From Candidatus Latescibacterota bacterium (GTDB lineage Bacteria > Latescibacterota > UBA2968 > UBA8231), in NCBI GenBank assembly GCA_965242865.1, contig CBDETK010000013.1, positions 3,872,001-3,936,000 of the forward strand: a stretch of 64,000 bases of DNA, given 5' to 3'. Below are positions 26,847 to 38,322 of this stretch, one piece after another (the first letter of the stretch is position 1; the number at the start of each line of letters is the position of its first letter). A model generated the notes under the pieces. It had not been told where the DNA came from, ran no database searches, and was given only the letters and a program-made list of their open reading frames with translations. A program made the translations under genes and the position numbers.

Positions 26847-28376
26847 TTAGAAGCGTCGCTCATCGTCTGCAAGCGCCAACTCGTAGCAGACGGCCTCGCT
26901 GTCCGTGCGTACCAACAGATAGGGCGCGGCAAGGGCCGGGGGATTCCACGTTTTGCCCGCAAAGGCCGTCATGCGCGCCAGTTCCACGTGGCGGTCAGGG
27001 CGGGCCTCAACCAATACCAAGTCGCCCGACTCGCTCATTATGAGCAGAATATCATCTACTAGAATGAGTTGGCCGTGGCCATAGCGCCCGCGCTTCCAGC
27101 GACGCTGGCCGTCTTGCGGGTCGAGGCAGACCAGCACCCCATCGTCGAGGCCATAGACAAAACCATCGCGATAGACCATGTTGGCAAATTTGGCCTTGAG
27201 CCGGGGGCTTTTCCAGACGACATCACTCGTCAAGCCGCCGCCGGGCACGGCCTGCACCTGATACAGCTTGGCGCCAATGCCGTAGCCGGTGGAAGCCAGT
27301 ACCCGGTCCCCGGGCAAAAGCAGGGGGTTGACAATGCACTCGACCTGCTCCCAAGGCTGATGCCAGAGGGGAATTCCGCTGTGCGGGTCGTGTGCGACGA
27401 CGCTGTGGTTGTTGAAGATCAGGATCTGCTCGCGGCCCGCCAGAGAGACCAACTGCGGAGAGCTAAAGCCAGCCTTGTCCGCGCCTCCGCCCCAGACAAA
27501 CGCGCCGTTCTCGCGGTGATAGGCCACGAGCGAGCGCTCATCTGGGCCTCCGGCACTGACCACGACCAAGCTGTCGAGGACCAGCGGCGAGCAGCTAATG
27601 CCCCAAACAGGTGCCTCGGCCTCGTTGTCGGCGAGGATGTCCCGCGACCAAATCAGGGCACCGCTGGCCAACTCCAAGCAGTTGAGGATACCCGTCGCGC
27701 CCAGCGTGAAAACTCGGTCGCCGGCGATAGTGGGCGTAGCGCGCGGGCCAATACCGGCGATAACGGTCTCGTAGCGGGTTGTATCGGCGTGGTGCCAGAG
27801 CTTGCGGCCGGTTGCCAAGTCGTAGCAGACGACCTGCTCTTCGGGACCGCGTTGCTCCTGCGTCACGGCCCGGCCGCCGACCGTGGCAAAAGAGGACCAA
27901 GCGGCCCCGACCGGGCGACGCCAGACTTCGCGCGGCGGGTGCTGGGTCCAGTCGCGCTCTAGGTGGACGCCGCGGAGGCGATTGTCGCGCTCGGGGCCGA
28001 GAAATTGCGGCCAATCGCGGGCGTTGAGCGCGGTTGCGTCTCCACCTGTGACGGGGGCTTCGTCCGCGGTGCTCCAGCGCCATTCGAGGATCGGCACGAA
28101 ATCGCCGCTCATGCCCTTGATGCGAAAAAGCCCAACACCAAGCGCGATGACGAGGATAATGCCGCCGCAATAGCGCAGGCGTCGTCCCCAAGCCAGCCGC
28201 GACGCCAAGAGCAACCAGAGCACCGCCAAGAAAGTGGCGAGCATGAAGATGGCCATGGTGCTCATTATCTGTCGCTGGCGATGCGGGGCTTCGGGCAGCC
28301 AAATCAGCAGGAGTGCCACGACGATGCCGCCGCCGAGCAGGTAGAGGGGCCATAAGCGAGGGCTAGCGGAGGCCAT
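26847..28376 (-). CDS. Membrane-anchored PQQ-like beta-propeller (BamB-like) protein
   Basis: Three N-terminal TM segments, 'DWPQFLGPERD', 'GPRATPTI', 'KTWNPPALA'. Confidence 0.85.
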   Translation of the reverse strand: MASASPRLWPLYLLGGGIVVALLLIWLPEAPHRQRQIMSTMAIFMLATFLAVLWLLLASRLAWGRRLRYCGGIILVIALGVGLFRIKGMSGDFVPILEWRWSTADEAPVTGGDATALNARDWPQFLGPERDNRLRGVHLERDWTQHPPREVWRRPVGAAWSSFATVGGRAVTQEQRGPEEQVVCYDLATGRKLWHHADTTRYETVIAGIGPRATPTIAGDRVFTLGATGILNCLELASGALIWSRDILADNEAEAPVWGISCSPLVLDSLVVVSAGGPDERSLVAYHRENGAFVWGGGADKAGFSSPQLVSLAGREQILIFNNHSVVAHDPHSGIPLWHQPWEQVECIVNPLLLPGDRVLASTGYGIGAKLYQVQAVPGGGLTSDVVWKSPRLKAKFANMVYRDGFVYGLDDGVLVCLDPQDGQRRWKRGRYGHGQLILVDDILLIMSESGDLVLVEARPDRHVELARMTAFAGKTWNPPALAAPYLLVRTDSEAVCYELALADDERRF

Positions 28377-28380
28377 GCTA

Positions 28381-29450
28381 TTAGACGCCGCCGGTAGCGG
28401 TCTCCAAGCGGACCCAATCGCCGCTGGTGACCGAGCGGGCCATGGCGGCCATGGCCCGCATCGTTTGGGTTCCATCCTCCACATCGGCCCCGAGCTGGGG
28501 CGCATCGCAGAGGACGACATCGGCAAAACCTTCGAGCTGGAGTCGGTAGAAATGCGCGTCGGCCCCCAGCGGCCGGCGATATTGGCCATCGCGGGTGGAG
28601 AAGCATTCGACATCGCTGGATTTCAAAAACCACGGCAGGTAGGTTTTGCCGACGACGCTGCCGTGCTCCCCGTAGATGTGAAAGCCCTCGTGGTAGTCCA
28701 TGCGCACGGCCACCGTCAGGTCGAGATGCCCGTGGCCGCCATTTGCAAACTCCACTTCGACAAACCAAGAATACGCCCCAAACATCTCCTTGCGCCGGCC
28801 GCGCACGGCCGCGAGCGGCCCCCCCAGAAAACGGGCGATGTCGATGAGATGCGAGCCGTGGGTCAGCATAAAATAGCGGCGCTTGTCGCCCTTGGGATCG
28901 CCCGCTGGCCGACGCGCCTGCTCGCTGTGCAGGGGCAGGGGCTGGAGGTTGTCGGTCATGGTGTAGCGATAGGTCGAATCGCAGTACCAAGCCTTTAGGG
29001 CCAATAGCGGCCCCATGTCCTCGCGGATGAACTGCGCGGCAAAAGCAATCCCAGGGTCAAAGCGCTTCATGTGCCCTACTTGGAGCTTGCACCCCGAGGC
29101 GGCGACGGCTCGGCGCAGGGTTTCGCATTCTTCCACGCTGATCCCCAGCGGCTTTTCCACGAAGACGTGTTTGCCAGCCGCCAACGCCTGCAAGCTGAGC
29201 GGGACGTGGAACGAATCGGCCGTGGCGATGATGACCGCTTCCACCTGCCGGTCCGCGAGCATGTCGGCAAAATCGGCGTAGGTTTTCTCCGGCTGGTGAA
29301 CGGCCGCCATGCGCTCGACTAAGTCCGGTGCTTGGTCGCAGATCGCGTACAGGCGCGTATTGCGGCCCTTGATGCACGACTCAAAGTGGGCGAACTGGGC
29401 GATGGGGCCGCAGCCCAACACCCCGATGGACAGGACCTGGCTATCTTTGT

Positions 29451-29454
<4 letters not shown>
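28381..29454 (-). CDS. Gfo/Idh/MocA family oxidoreductase
   Basis: IGVLGCGPIA, 'GKHVFVEKPL', 'THGSHLID'. Confidence 0.9.
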
Positions 29455-31379
<1,925 letters not shown>

Positions 31380-31469
31380 AACTCGTCATAATTACGGAAA
31401 ATCAGCGGCAATGGGCTACTCTGCTGCTCGCTAATTTGCCATCTTATAGCAATCCTACATCATTCAAGA

Positions 31470-31496
31470 CTGGATTCCCGCTGTTGCGGGAATGAC
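31470..31496. repeat. dRS3/REP-like palindrome ATTCCC-N8-GGGAAT
   Basis: CTGGATTCCCGCTGTTGCGGGAATGAC in an intergenic region. Confidence 0.65.
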
Positions 31497-31588
31497 TTTT
31501 CATAGACAAAAAACACTGCCGATCAACATTCCATGCTTTCAAGTCTTAGGACAGCTATAGCAGCTCACCTCTCCCAAAGGAGCCCCCC

Positions 31589-32377
31589 ATGAACGCAGAC
31601 GACAAATACCTCTTTGACCTGACGGGCTATCTGATCCTCCGAGACGTGCTGACCGCCGAGGAGGTAGCCCAGCTCAACGCCGGCATCGACCGCCACCGCG
31701 ACCTTATGCGTGCGATCGACCGCTCGCTGTCCGGCGACTCGCAAGCACTGCAAGGCACCGTGCGGCGCAAGGATTTAGGCGGCATGCTCGCTTGGGAGCG
31801 TCCCTATTGCGAGCCGTTCCGCAAGCTGCTGGTCCATCCCAAGGTCAAGCCCTATCTCGAAGAAATTTTGGGCCGGGGGTATCGCCTCGACCACGGGCCG
31901 GGGCTGATCGCCATGGACGCGGGTTGCGAGGGCGGGCTTTTGCACGGCGGCGGAGTCGAGCGCCGGGATATATCGGAGGCATATTTCTTTAAGAACGACC
32001 GCATCTACACCGGGCTGACCGTGGTCGAGTATCTGCTGGCGGACGAAGGGCCGGGCGACGGGGGCGTAGCGGTGATACCGGGTAGCCACAAGGCCAACCT
32101 CGCCTGTCCGCCGAGCATGATTCGGTGGGAACAGTACCAAGAGCACGTACTCGAAGTAAACGGCAAGGCCGGCGACGCCGTGATCTTCACCGAGACTTTG
32201 ACGCACGGGACCCTGCCGTGGACGGCCACCCACGAGCGGCGAGCGCTGCTGTACAAGTTCAGCCCAGGCACCCTGTCTTACGGATCGGGCGCGCACCAGA
32301 CGACGTATTCCGACTACATCGAGGACATGACCGAGGAGGAACGGGCCGTGATGGAAGCGCCGCACATTCGGCGGTGA
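31589..32377 (+). CDS. PhyH family Fe/2OG enzyme, H-G-G variant
   Basis: 'FDLTGYLILRDVL', 'LLHGGG', 'DGGVAVIPGSHK', 'THGTLPW'. Confidence 0.85.
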   Translation: MNADDKYLFDLTGYLILRDVLTAEEVAQLNAGIDRHRDLMRAIDRSLSGDSQALQGTVRRKDLGGMLAWERPYCEPFRKLLVHPKVKPYLEEILGRGYRLDHGPGLIAMDAGCEGGLLHGGGVERRDISEAYFFKNDRIYTGLTVVEYLLADEGPGDGGVAVIPGSHKANLACPPSMIRWEQYQEHVLEVNGKAGDAVIFTETLTHGTLPWTATHERRALLYKFSPGTLSYGSGAHQTTYSDYIEDMTEEERAVMEAPHIRR

Positions 32378-32412
32378 AGCGACGAGGGCCATTCTGAAAA
32401 GGAGTTTTTGCG

Positions 32413-33294
32413 GTGAGTGACAGCACCAGAGATCGTGTTCCAAGAGATCGCGATCTAATAAAGCCGACACTTGATGCCCTCCATCGGCTAGGGGGCAGTG
32501 CTAACAATAGAGAAATCGTCAATCAAGTAATTGAAGATATGAGCCTGTCTGCTGCTATCACTCAAGTCCCGTATAGCGGAAAAGCAAATAGGACCGCGCT
32601 GGAGGACAAATTGGGTTGGGCGCGAACCTACCTCAAAAAGTACGGTTTGATCGACAGTTCGGAGAGAGGCGTGTGGTCTCTTACTGCTAAAGGGCGGCAA
32701 ACACAAGACGTTGACCCTCAAGCAGTTTGTGATTCTTATCATCAAGACCTGAGACAGAAACGAGCTCGCAAACAAACGAAACCTGAGGAAGACGCCTCAG
32801 CCGAAGAAATCGAAACTTCAGCCGAGGAGACCGCTTCTTGGCGTGAACATTTGCTCGACACCCTCCGCAACATTCCTCCCGACGCATTTGAACGACTGTG
32901 CCAAAAGCTACTGCGGGAATCGGGCTTTATTGAGGTTGAGGTCACGGGAAAATCGAGCGATGGCGGAATCGACGGGCACGGAATAATCCGCCTTGCAGGG
33001 CTGATTAGCTTTCCCGTGCTGTTCCAGTGCAAGCGCTACAGCGGTAGCGTTGGCGCGAGCGTGGTCAGGGACTTTCGCGGCGCGATGGCGGGACGGGCGG
33101 AAAAGGGCCTTATATTGACGACAGGTGGTTTCACAAAAGAGGCTCAACGAGAAGCCACCCGGGATGGAGCGACGCCAATAGACTTGATTGACGGGGACTT
33201 GCTAATGGATAAAATGAAAGAACTCAATCTCGGCGTGTCCGCCAAGATGGTCGAAGTCGTGGAAGTGGACGAGGATTGGTTCGCGTCGATTTAG
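32413..33294 (+). CDS. mrr: Mrr-family type IV restriction endonuclease
   Basis: Mrr_N 'LGWARTYLKKYGLI..RGVWSLT'; catalytic 'FERLC..DGGIDG..QCKRY..VRDFRGAM'. Confidence 0.9.
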   Translation: MSDSTRDRVPRDRDLIKPTLDALHRLGGSANNREIVNQVIEDMSLSAAITQVPYSGKANRTALEDKLGWARTYLKKYGLIDSSERGVWSLTAKGRQTQDVDPQAVCDSYHQDLRQKRARKQTKPEEDASAEEIETSAEETASWREHLLDTLRNIPPDAFERLCQKLLRESGFIEVEVTGKSSDGGIDGHGIIRLAGLISFPVLFQCKRYSGSVGASVVRDFRGAMAGRAEKGLILTTGGFTKEAQREATRDGATPIDLIDGDLLMDKMKELNLGVSAKMVEVVEVDEDWFASI

Positions 33295-33375
33295 ACAGCT
33301 CAAGGAGTGGAGGATTTGGACTTGCCGAAGACTACGGCAGAGGCGGCGGATTTTCCGACGTGGTATGACCGCGCC

Positions 33376-34362
33376 TCACCCATGTTCTGACTCCGTTCTG
33401 TGCAATATCGTTTCAGTCATTCTTTTGAATTCCATGTAACATTTAGAAACGCTTTGGGCGTGTGAGCCAATGGCACCATCAGCCGGTTTGAGAAAAAAGA
33501 CTGGTTTTCTCGATTCCTGCGCCATGGGCATCAGGCTCTGGTAATGGCGAACTAGCCCCACCTGATTGGAATCGTCGTCTATAGATGTAAAATCTTCTGT
33601 TTGTGCAAGAACGTATTTCAGATACGTAGCCGGTATTCTCTCGACCCAGTTTTGATACGCTTTAACAGGACGCCTTTTTCGCTCGATATGCTGCATGACA
33701 ATATACCCTGCTGGTGTCATTGCGCCGGAGGGCATGTTCAGGTTGTCTGGTTTTTGTTGCAGCCTCTGTTTCCAATCACGACGCCACGTTTTCAGCGTAG
33801 GCCCGAGGTTTTTGAGACCCTGAAGAGAATAGAGGTCAGGAGCCAGAGGGGAGATTACGTAGTCTGCGGCAATCAAGGACGAGCGGTTGATCGCCCCAAG
33901 ATTTGGTCCGACATCAATCAGAACGATATTCGCACCAACCTGCTCAGCAGCCGTATAAATGACCCGGTAAAACGCAGTGATAGCACGGAATGCGGCAGGG
34001 TCACGATCTAAGCAGCGAGGCCAACTGTCCGAGAGCTTATCCTCAAATCGGGACAGCCCAAGATCACCAGGAATCAGGTGCAGGCCGTCCTGAATGATCT
34101 CCGTATGCGCCGGCGCAATATCGCCAGTTCCTTCTAAAATTGGCGAAATACAAGGCAGAATACTCTGGTGTTTTTGCTCCTCCTCCGGCCAGATTTTTTC
34201 CAGTCGCTCTTCATCCAGAAACATGCTCGAAAGATTAGCCTGCGGATCCAGATCAGCTGCCAGTACCTTTTGCTCCAGCTCCATCATCATCCAAGCAATA
34301 TGATAGACCAATGTCGTTTTCCCCACACCGCCCTTGTTATTGAAAAAGGCGATTGTTTTCAT
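33376..34362 (-). CDS. ParA/Soj-family ATPase (orphan)
   Basis: NNKGGVGKTT deviant Walker A, DLDPQANL, 'LIDVGPNLG'. Confidence 0.88.
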   Translation of the reverse strand: MKTIAFFNNKGGVGKTTLVYHIAWMMMELEQKVLAADLDPQANLSSMFLDEERLEKIWPEEEQKHQSILPCISPILEGTGDIAPAHTEIIQDGLHLIPGDLGLSRFEDKLSDSWPRCLDRDPAAFRAITAFYRVIYTAAEQVGANIVLIDVGPNLGAINRSSLIAADYVISPLAPDLYSLQGLKNLGPTLKTWRRDWKQRLQQKPDNLNMPSGAMTPAGYIVMQHIERKRRPVKAYQNWVERIPATYLKYVLAQTEDFTSIDDDSNQVGLVRHYQSLMPMAQESRKPVFFLKPADGAIGSHAQSVSKCYMEFKRMTETILHRTESEHG

Positions 34363-35570
34363 GGCTTGGCCTCCAACACCGTTACAAGAAAATAGGATAC
34401 TTGGCTAATATCAAATTCAGCAGGCTGGTTGCCGTTTTTTTGTAGGGCAGCTTGGACTGTCGCTATCCCACGCCCGAACTGATTGACATACGCAAGATTT
34501 TTCATGGCCTCGGCTAGTTTGGGATTCCGGTAATCGTTCTGGTTCGGGAAATCAGCGGCAGCACCGTAAAGCCCGCCCGGATTCTGAATTTCGATCCGAT
34601 CAGAAAACCAATAAAAACGAATCGGTGCATTCGACTGATAGTCGCGATGCATAACCGCATTCATCAGTAATTCGCGAATGGCTCGTCGTGGGTACGGAGT
34701 TACCTGTTTTTCTCGTAACGCGGAGAGCGGAATGGGACGGGATGGAAAGAGCGTTTGCATGAACGCATCTAATGCGTGAAGGCTTGTAGGCAGATCGCCT
34801 GTGAATCTGCGCTCGTCAAGAATGTCAGATTCCAATTCGGCCCCAGCATAGCGGACGTATTGAATATACGAACCTGGCAACCAATTTTGTGGCACTTCCG
34901 AAAACAACAGGGCTCCAGCGTTCGTGACACACTGGTTCTGTACGTCCCATAACCCCAGAGCGGCCATTTGCTGCAATATGTCGCGATTGTTCTCTTCGAT
35001 GGCCTCTGGAGCCAAGGCAGCGTTTCGGTAATCATGGAAGAGTGAATAGACGATCTGATCTTGGCCACAACCAATACAGAGCCGCATATCAAATGTCTTG
35101 GCGCGGTGTATCCGACGCTCGATGAGTATGCGTTCGTCCTGTTCGTTAGCGATGCCCTGACGCGGACCAACTCGGATCCAGACCCGCCCGCGGTAGCGGA
35201 CCGGTGGCATATCAGACGGCTGTACTTCCACCACAGCAATATCGCCTTCGGGGAAAGAGCGTTTTTGAACGGTAAGAGACGGCAGGGGAACAATTTGACC
35301 GGAGTCGCGATGACTGGCAAGACCCTGAAGAAGCTGATCTGTGATCTCAATACCTGCAATTTTTCCGGTTTCATCCTCTGCACCGATAAGCAGATAGCCT
35401 GGTTTTCCGTGATTCGGCAGGTCGTTGGCAAAGGCGCAAATAGCGTTGCAGAATTTGGCCGTATCTTTCGTGGAAACGGTACGCTCCACATTGTCGGCCT
35501 CTATATCTGTCAAAAGAGCCTTGATTTCTTCATCGGTCAACACGGGACCTCTCCTTTGGCGAGCAATCAA
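34359..35570 (-). CDS. Schlafen/AlbA_2 domain + HATPase-like ATP-binding protein
   Basis: 'EADNVER..AICAFAND..GYLLIGAED'; 'RELLMNAVMHRDY..IEIQNPGGL..RNPKLA..GRGI'. Confidence 0.8.
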   Translation of the reverse strand: MIARQRRGPVLTDEEIKALLTDIEADNVERTVSTKDTAKFCNAICAFANDLPNHGKPGYLLIGAEDETGKIAGIEITDQLLQGLASHRDSGQIVPLPSLTVQKRSFPEGDIAVVEVQPSDMPPVRYRGRVWIRVGPRQGIANEQDERILIERRIHRAKTFDMRLCIGCGQDQIVYSLFHDYRNAALAPEAIEENNRDILQQMAALGLWDVQNQCVTNAGALLFSEVPQNWLPGSYIQYVRYAGAELESDILDERRFTGDLPTSLHALDAFMQTLFPSRPIPLSALREKQVTPYPRRAIRELLMNAVMHRDYQSNAPIRFYWFSDRIEIQNPGGLYGAAADFPNQNDYRNPKLAEAMKNLAYVNQFGRGIATVQAALQKNGNQPAEFDISQVSYFLVTVLEAKP

Positions 35571-36447
35571 ATGTCCGCGTCAGAAATTTATCCATCGCTG
35601 GAAAGACGGAGTAAAACTTGTCAATCGCAGGAGCGTCCGCCGGGACTGGCAACTCTATCATTTCCGCTCGATCCAGCAGAGACAGGAGTCGCTCAGCGCT
35701 TTGTCGCGGATGTATTTCATCGTCACCCGGCACAAGCATAACCGGGAACGAAATCGAGCGTATATCCTCTTCAGTCAGCCCCGCGGGCCAACTCATCGAC
35801 AAGAGGAATTCACCCCAGCGACGAGTTGTTTCGGCAAACAACTGCGGGTCTAGCGCTAAAACGCGCGCTCGATTGCTTGGATTTCGATAGATCGTTTGTG
35901 CCAACCAAGTGCCTCGTTCAGAGGGTTGCCCCTGCAACTCACCAACCCACGACTCTGTTGACGCATCAATCGCGGCCTGCATCCCCCCACGTTCCGCTAC
36001 TTCTGCGAGACTAAAGCAATGCTTATATACACTGGGTCTAATCAAGGCGGTATCGTCGGTCGGTGGAGAGAGTAGAATGAGCGATTTTACCGCTGCTGGG
36101 TATCGATGCGCCATCCAAAGCGACAAACTGCTACCGGCCGACGCGCCAGCAAAACAAGCGGGTCCCACCCCCAAGTTTCGCAGGAGTGCATAAAGATCCT
36201 CTACGTCTGTCGTCATGTAGTTTGGACTATCCGATAGGGCGACATCAGACGCTCCAAATCCATTGCGTCGATCCCAAATCAGCACGGAGTATTGACGAGA
36301 AAAATGACCCGCCACCAAGTAACTCCATTCGTTGCGGCCAAAGCGACCCCCTTCCGTCCACACCAGCAGCGGTCCTTTACCAAAGACTTCATATACAATG
36401 GACGCACCATTCACAGTCATTGTGGGCATTGATTGTAGGCTGATCAC
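35530..36447 (-). CDS. Alpha/beta hydrolase
   Basis: 'WDRRNGFGAS', GASAG nucleophile elbow, 'PGDDEIHP'. Confidence 0.82.
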   Translation of the reverse strand: MISLQSMPTMTVNGASIVYEVFGKGPLLVWTEGGRFGRNEWSYLVAGHFSRQYSVLIWDRRNGFGASDVALSDSPNYMTTDVEDLYALLRNLGVGPACFAGASAGSSLSLWMAHRYPAAVKSLILLSPPTDDTALIRPSVYKHCFSLAEVAERGGMQAAIDASTESWVGELQGQPSERGTWLAQTIYRNPSNRARVLALDPQLFAETTRRWGEFLLSMSWPAGLTEEDIRSISFPVMLVPGDDEIHPRQSAERLLSLLDRAEMIELPVPADAPAIDKFYSVFPAMDKFLTRTFDCSPKERSRVDR

Positions 36448-38315
36448 TTAACGCCGCGCAGTAGGAACACGCGGTCGCTGTTGAAGTAGTTGCCGACCCG
36501 CTCGTCGCGGTACGCACCACCGGCGATCAGCAGGCGGCCGTTGACCGCGGCGGCCGCGCCCCAGCTAACCGGCAGGGGCAGGTCGGGGACGCGACGCCAC
36601 TGACCGGTATCCGGCGCGTAGGCAAAGGCCGCCGTCTGGCCGCTATCGGCCCCTCGACCGCCCATGACCCAGACGCTGCCAGCAAAAGCCGTACACAGCG
36701 GGGCACTCGGAGGGCGCGCCGGATGCTCAATTTGGCTCCAGCTATCACGCTCGGGGTCATAGACGAATAGACCCGGACACTGGGACGAGGGACCGGCGGC
36801 GATGTAGAGCTTGCCGTCCAGAACGCAGCCGCTGGCCTGCGACACGGGGCCGGGCGCGGGCGCGTCAACCCGCCAACTCGTCTCCCCAACCCCAATGCTC
36901 AGGACCTCTGCCATCGGGCCTTCGTCGTCGGCACCGCCCACGGCGTACAACCGGCCATTGACCGCGAGGGCCACTACTTGCCCGGCTTTGCGGGGCAGCG
37001 GCGGCCCGAGACGATAACGCCGCGTGTGGGGATCGAAGATCTCGACGGTCGCGGTCGCCCGCGTCCTGTTGCCGGCGCGGAAGTGCCCCCCTAAAAGCCA
37101 GAGCTCGTCGTTGAGGGCGGCGATGCCGGAATACGCCTTGCCCGGCTCGAGCATGGGCGGCTCCACGCGCCAAGTCCCCGAGGGGATGTGATAGGACCAC
37201 ACGTGGTCGAGGTTTACCCACTCCGACGCTGGCCAGCCGAAGAAGGTCTTGCCCCCGGCCGTGTACAGCCGATCCCCAATGCGAGCAAAGATGTGGTCGT
37301 GATTGCCCGCTGGCATGGGCGGCTGCTCGTCCCAGTGCTCGTGCCAAGGACGTGCGAGGTCGGCAAGACCCTGCACCCGCCCCGCCCTCAACACCCAGAG
37401 GCTACCGGACCGGGCCTGTAGCAACGCCTGCACCGGGCCGTCCTCGCCGGCCTGAATCAGCCGCCAAGCCGGTGGGCCGGCCGCTTCTACAATCAGCTCG
37501 CGCAGGCTGCCATCGGCAAAGCCGACTACGAGCTGACCGGTGCCGCGTGCAATCGCGGTGATGCGGGCATCAACCGGGTTGGCAAAGGAGCGATGAGGGC
37601 CGGACGAGCGGGGATCAACGCGCAAGACAGAGGCGTCCAAGGCCACCCAGATGAAGCCGGCGTCGTCGGTGACAGCACCCTGCCAAGAGCCAGCGAGTTG
37701 ATGCGCCGGCAGGTCGAGGAGCTGCCAGCCGTGGGGATGTTGATTCGTCAGAACGGCTATGTCCCGCCGCTGGCTGTCCTCGGCGATGGCCCACACGTTG
37801 CCGAAGGGGTCGTCGCCCACCGGCGTGATCGCCCACCCGGACGGTGCGGATGGCGCGGGCTCAAACATGGCGTCTCCCCGACGCACCGCACCGCACCCGG
37901 CGCACCAAACGTCGCCCCACCGCGTCGCCAGCAGCGGTCCGGGAGACCCCTTGAGTCGGAAAGAAGGCGTCCGGGCGACCGGCTCTCCGCCCGGACGCGG
38001 AGAGCGCAGGACCTCGTCGTCGAGGGCCAGCCACGCATCCCCGTCCGGGGCAATCTGTAGGCCCTCAACGCGCCCCTGGCCGAAAACCTCCCAAGCGTTG
38101 GCGTCGTCCGGGGTGTTGCGAGCGACGATTCCCCCGGCACCAAGAACGGCGGCGTATATCCGGCCATCGCGGTCTTCGAGGAGGAGGCCCGGCCCGTCGG
38201 GCAAAGTGTCGGCCGCGGCAAGGCCAGCGGAAATGAGCATGAGGCAACCTATTCGATAGAGGAATCGGAGTGCGATGGAATTGAGCAGCATTGTGGCCAG
38301 TTTCTCCGGTTGCAT
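36444..38315 (-). CDS. Secreted double beta-propeller protein with C-terminal Kelch repeats
   Basis: Repeated 'LYTAGG/LWLLGG/LYAVGG/VWVMGG/LLIAGG' with 'YDP..W'; N-terminal propeller repeats 'DGDAW', 'FGNVW', 'AGFIW'. Confidence 0.78.
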   Translation of the reverse strand: MQPEKLATMLLNSIALRFLYRIGCLMLISAGLAAADTLPDGPGLLLEDRDGRIYAAVLGAGGIVARNTPDDANAWEVFGQGRVEGLQIAPDGDAWLALDDEVLRSPRPGGEPVARTPSFRLKGSPGPLLATRWGDVWCAGCGAVRRGDAMFEPAPSAPSGWAITPVGDDPFGNVWAIAEDSQRRDIAVLTNQHPHGWQLLDLPAHQLAGSWQGAVTDDAGFIWVALDASVLRVDPRSSGPHRSFANPVDARITAIARGTGQLVVGFADGSLRELIVEAAGPPAWRLIQAGEDGPVQALLQARSGSLWVLRAGRVQGLADLARPWHEHWDEQPPMPAGNHDHIFARIGDRLYTAGGKTFFGWPASEWVNLDHVWSYHIPSGTWRVEPPMLEPGKAYSGIAALNDELWLLGGHFRAGNRTRATATVEIFDPHTRRYRLGPPLPRKAGQVVALAVNGRLYAVGGADDEGPMAEVLSIGVGETSWRVDAPAPGPVSQASGCVLDGKLYIAAGPSSQCPGLFVYDPERDSWSQIEHPARPPSAPLCTAFAGSVWVMGGRGADSGQTAAFAYAPDTGQWRRVPDLPLPVSWGAAAAVNGRLLIAGGAYRDERVGNYFNSDRVFLLRGVK

Positions 38316-38322
38316 GGTATAC

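Noticed and set aside
33295-33375. Possible gene remnant between mrr and parA
   Set aside because: Too short to assign; no recognisable motif
33376-34362. Plasmid or chromosome partition locus
   Set aside because: No parB, parS-like repeats or rep gene nearby
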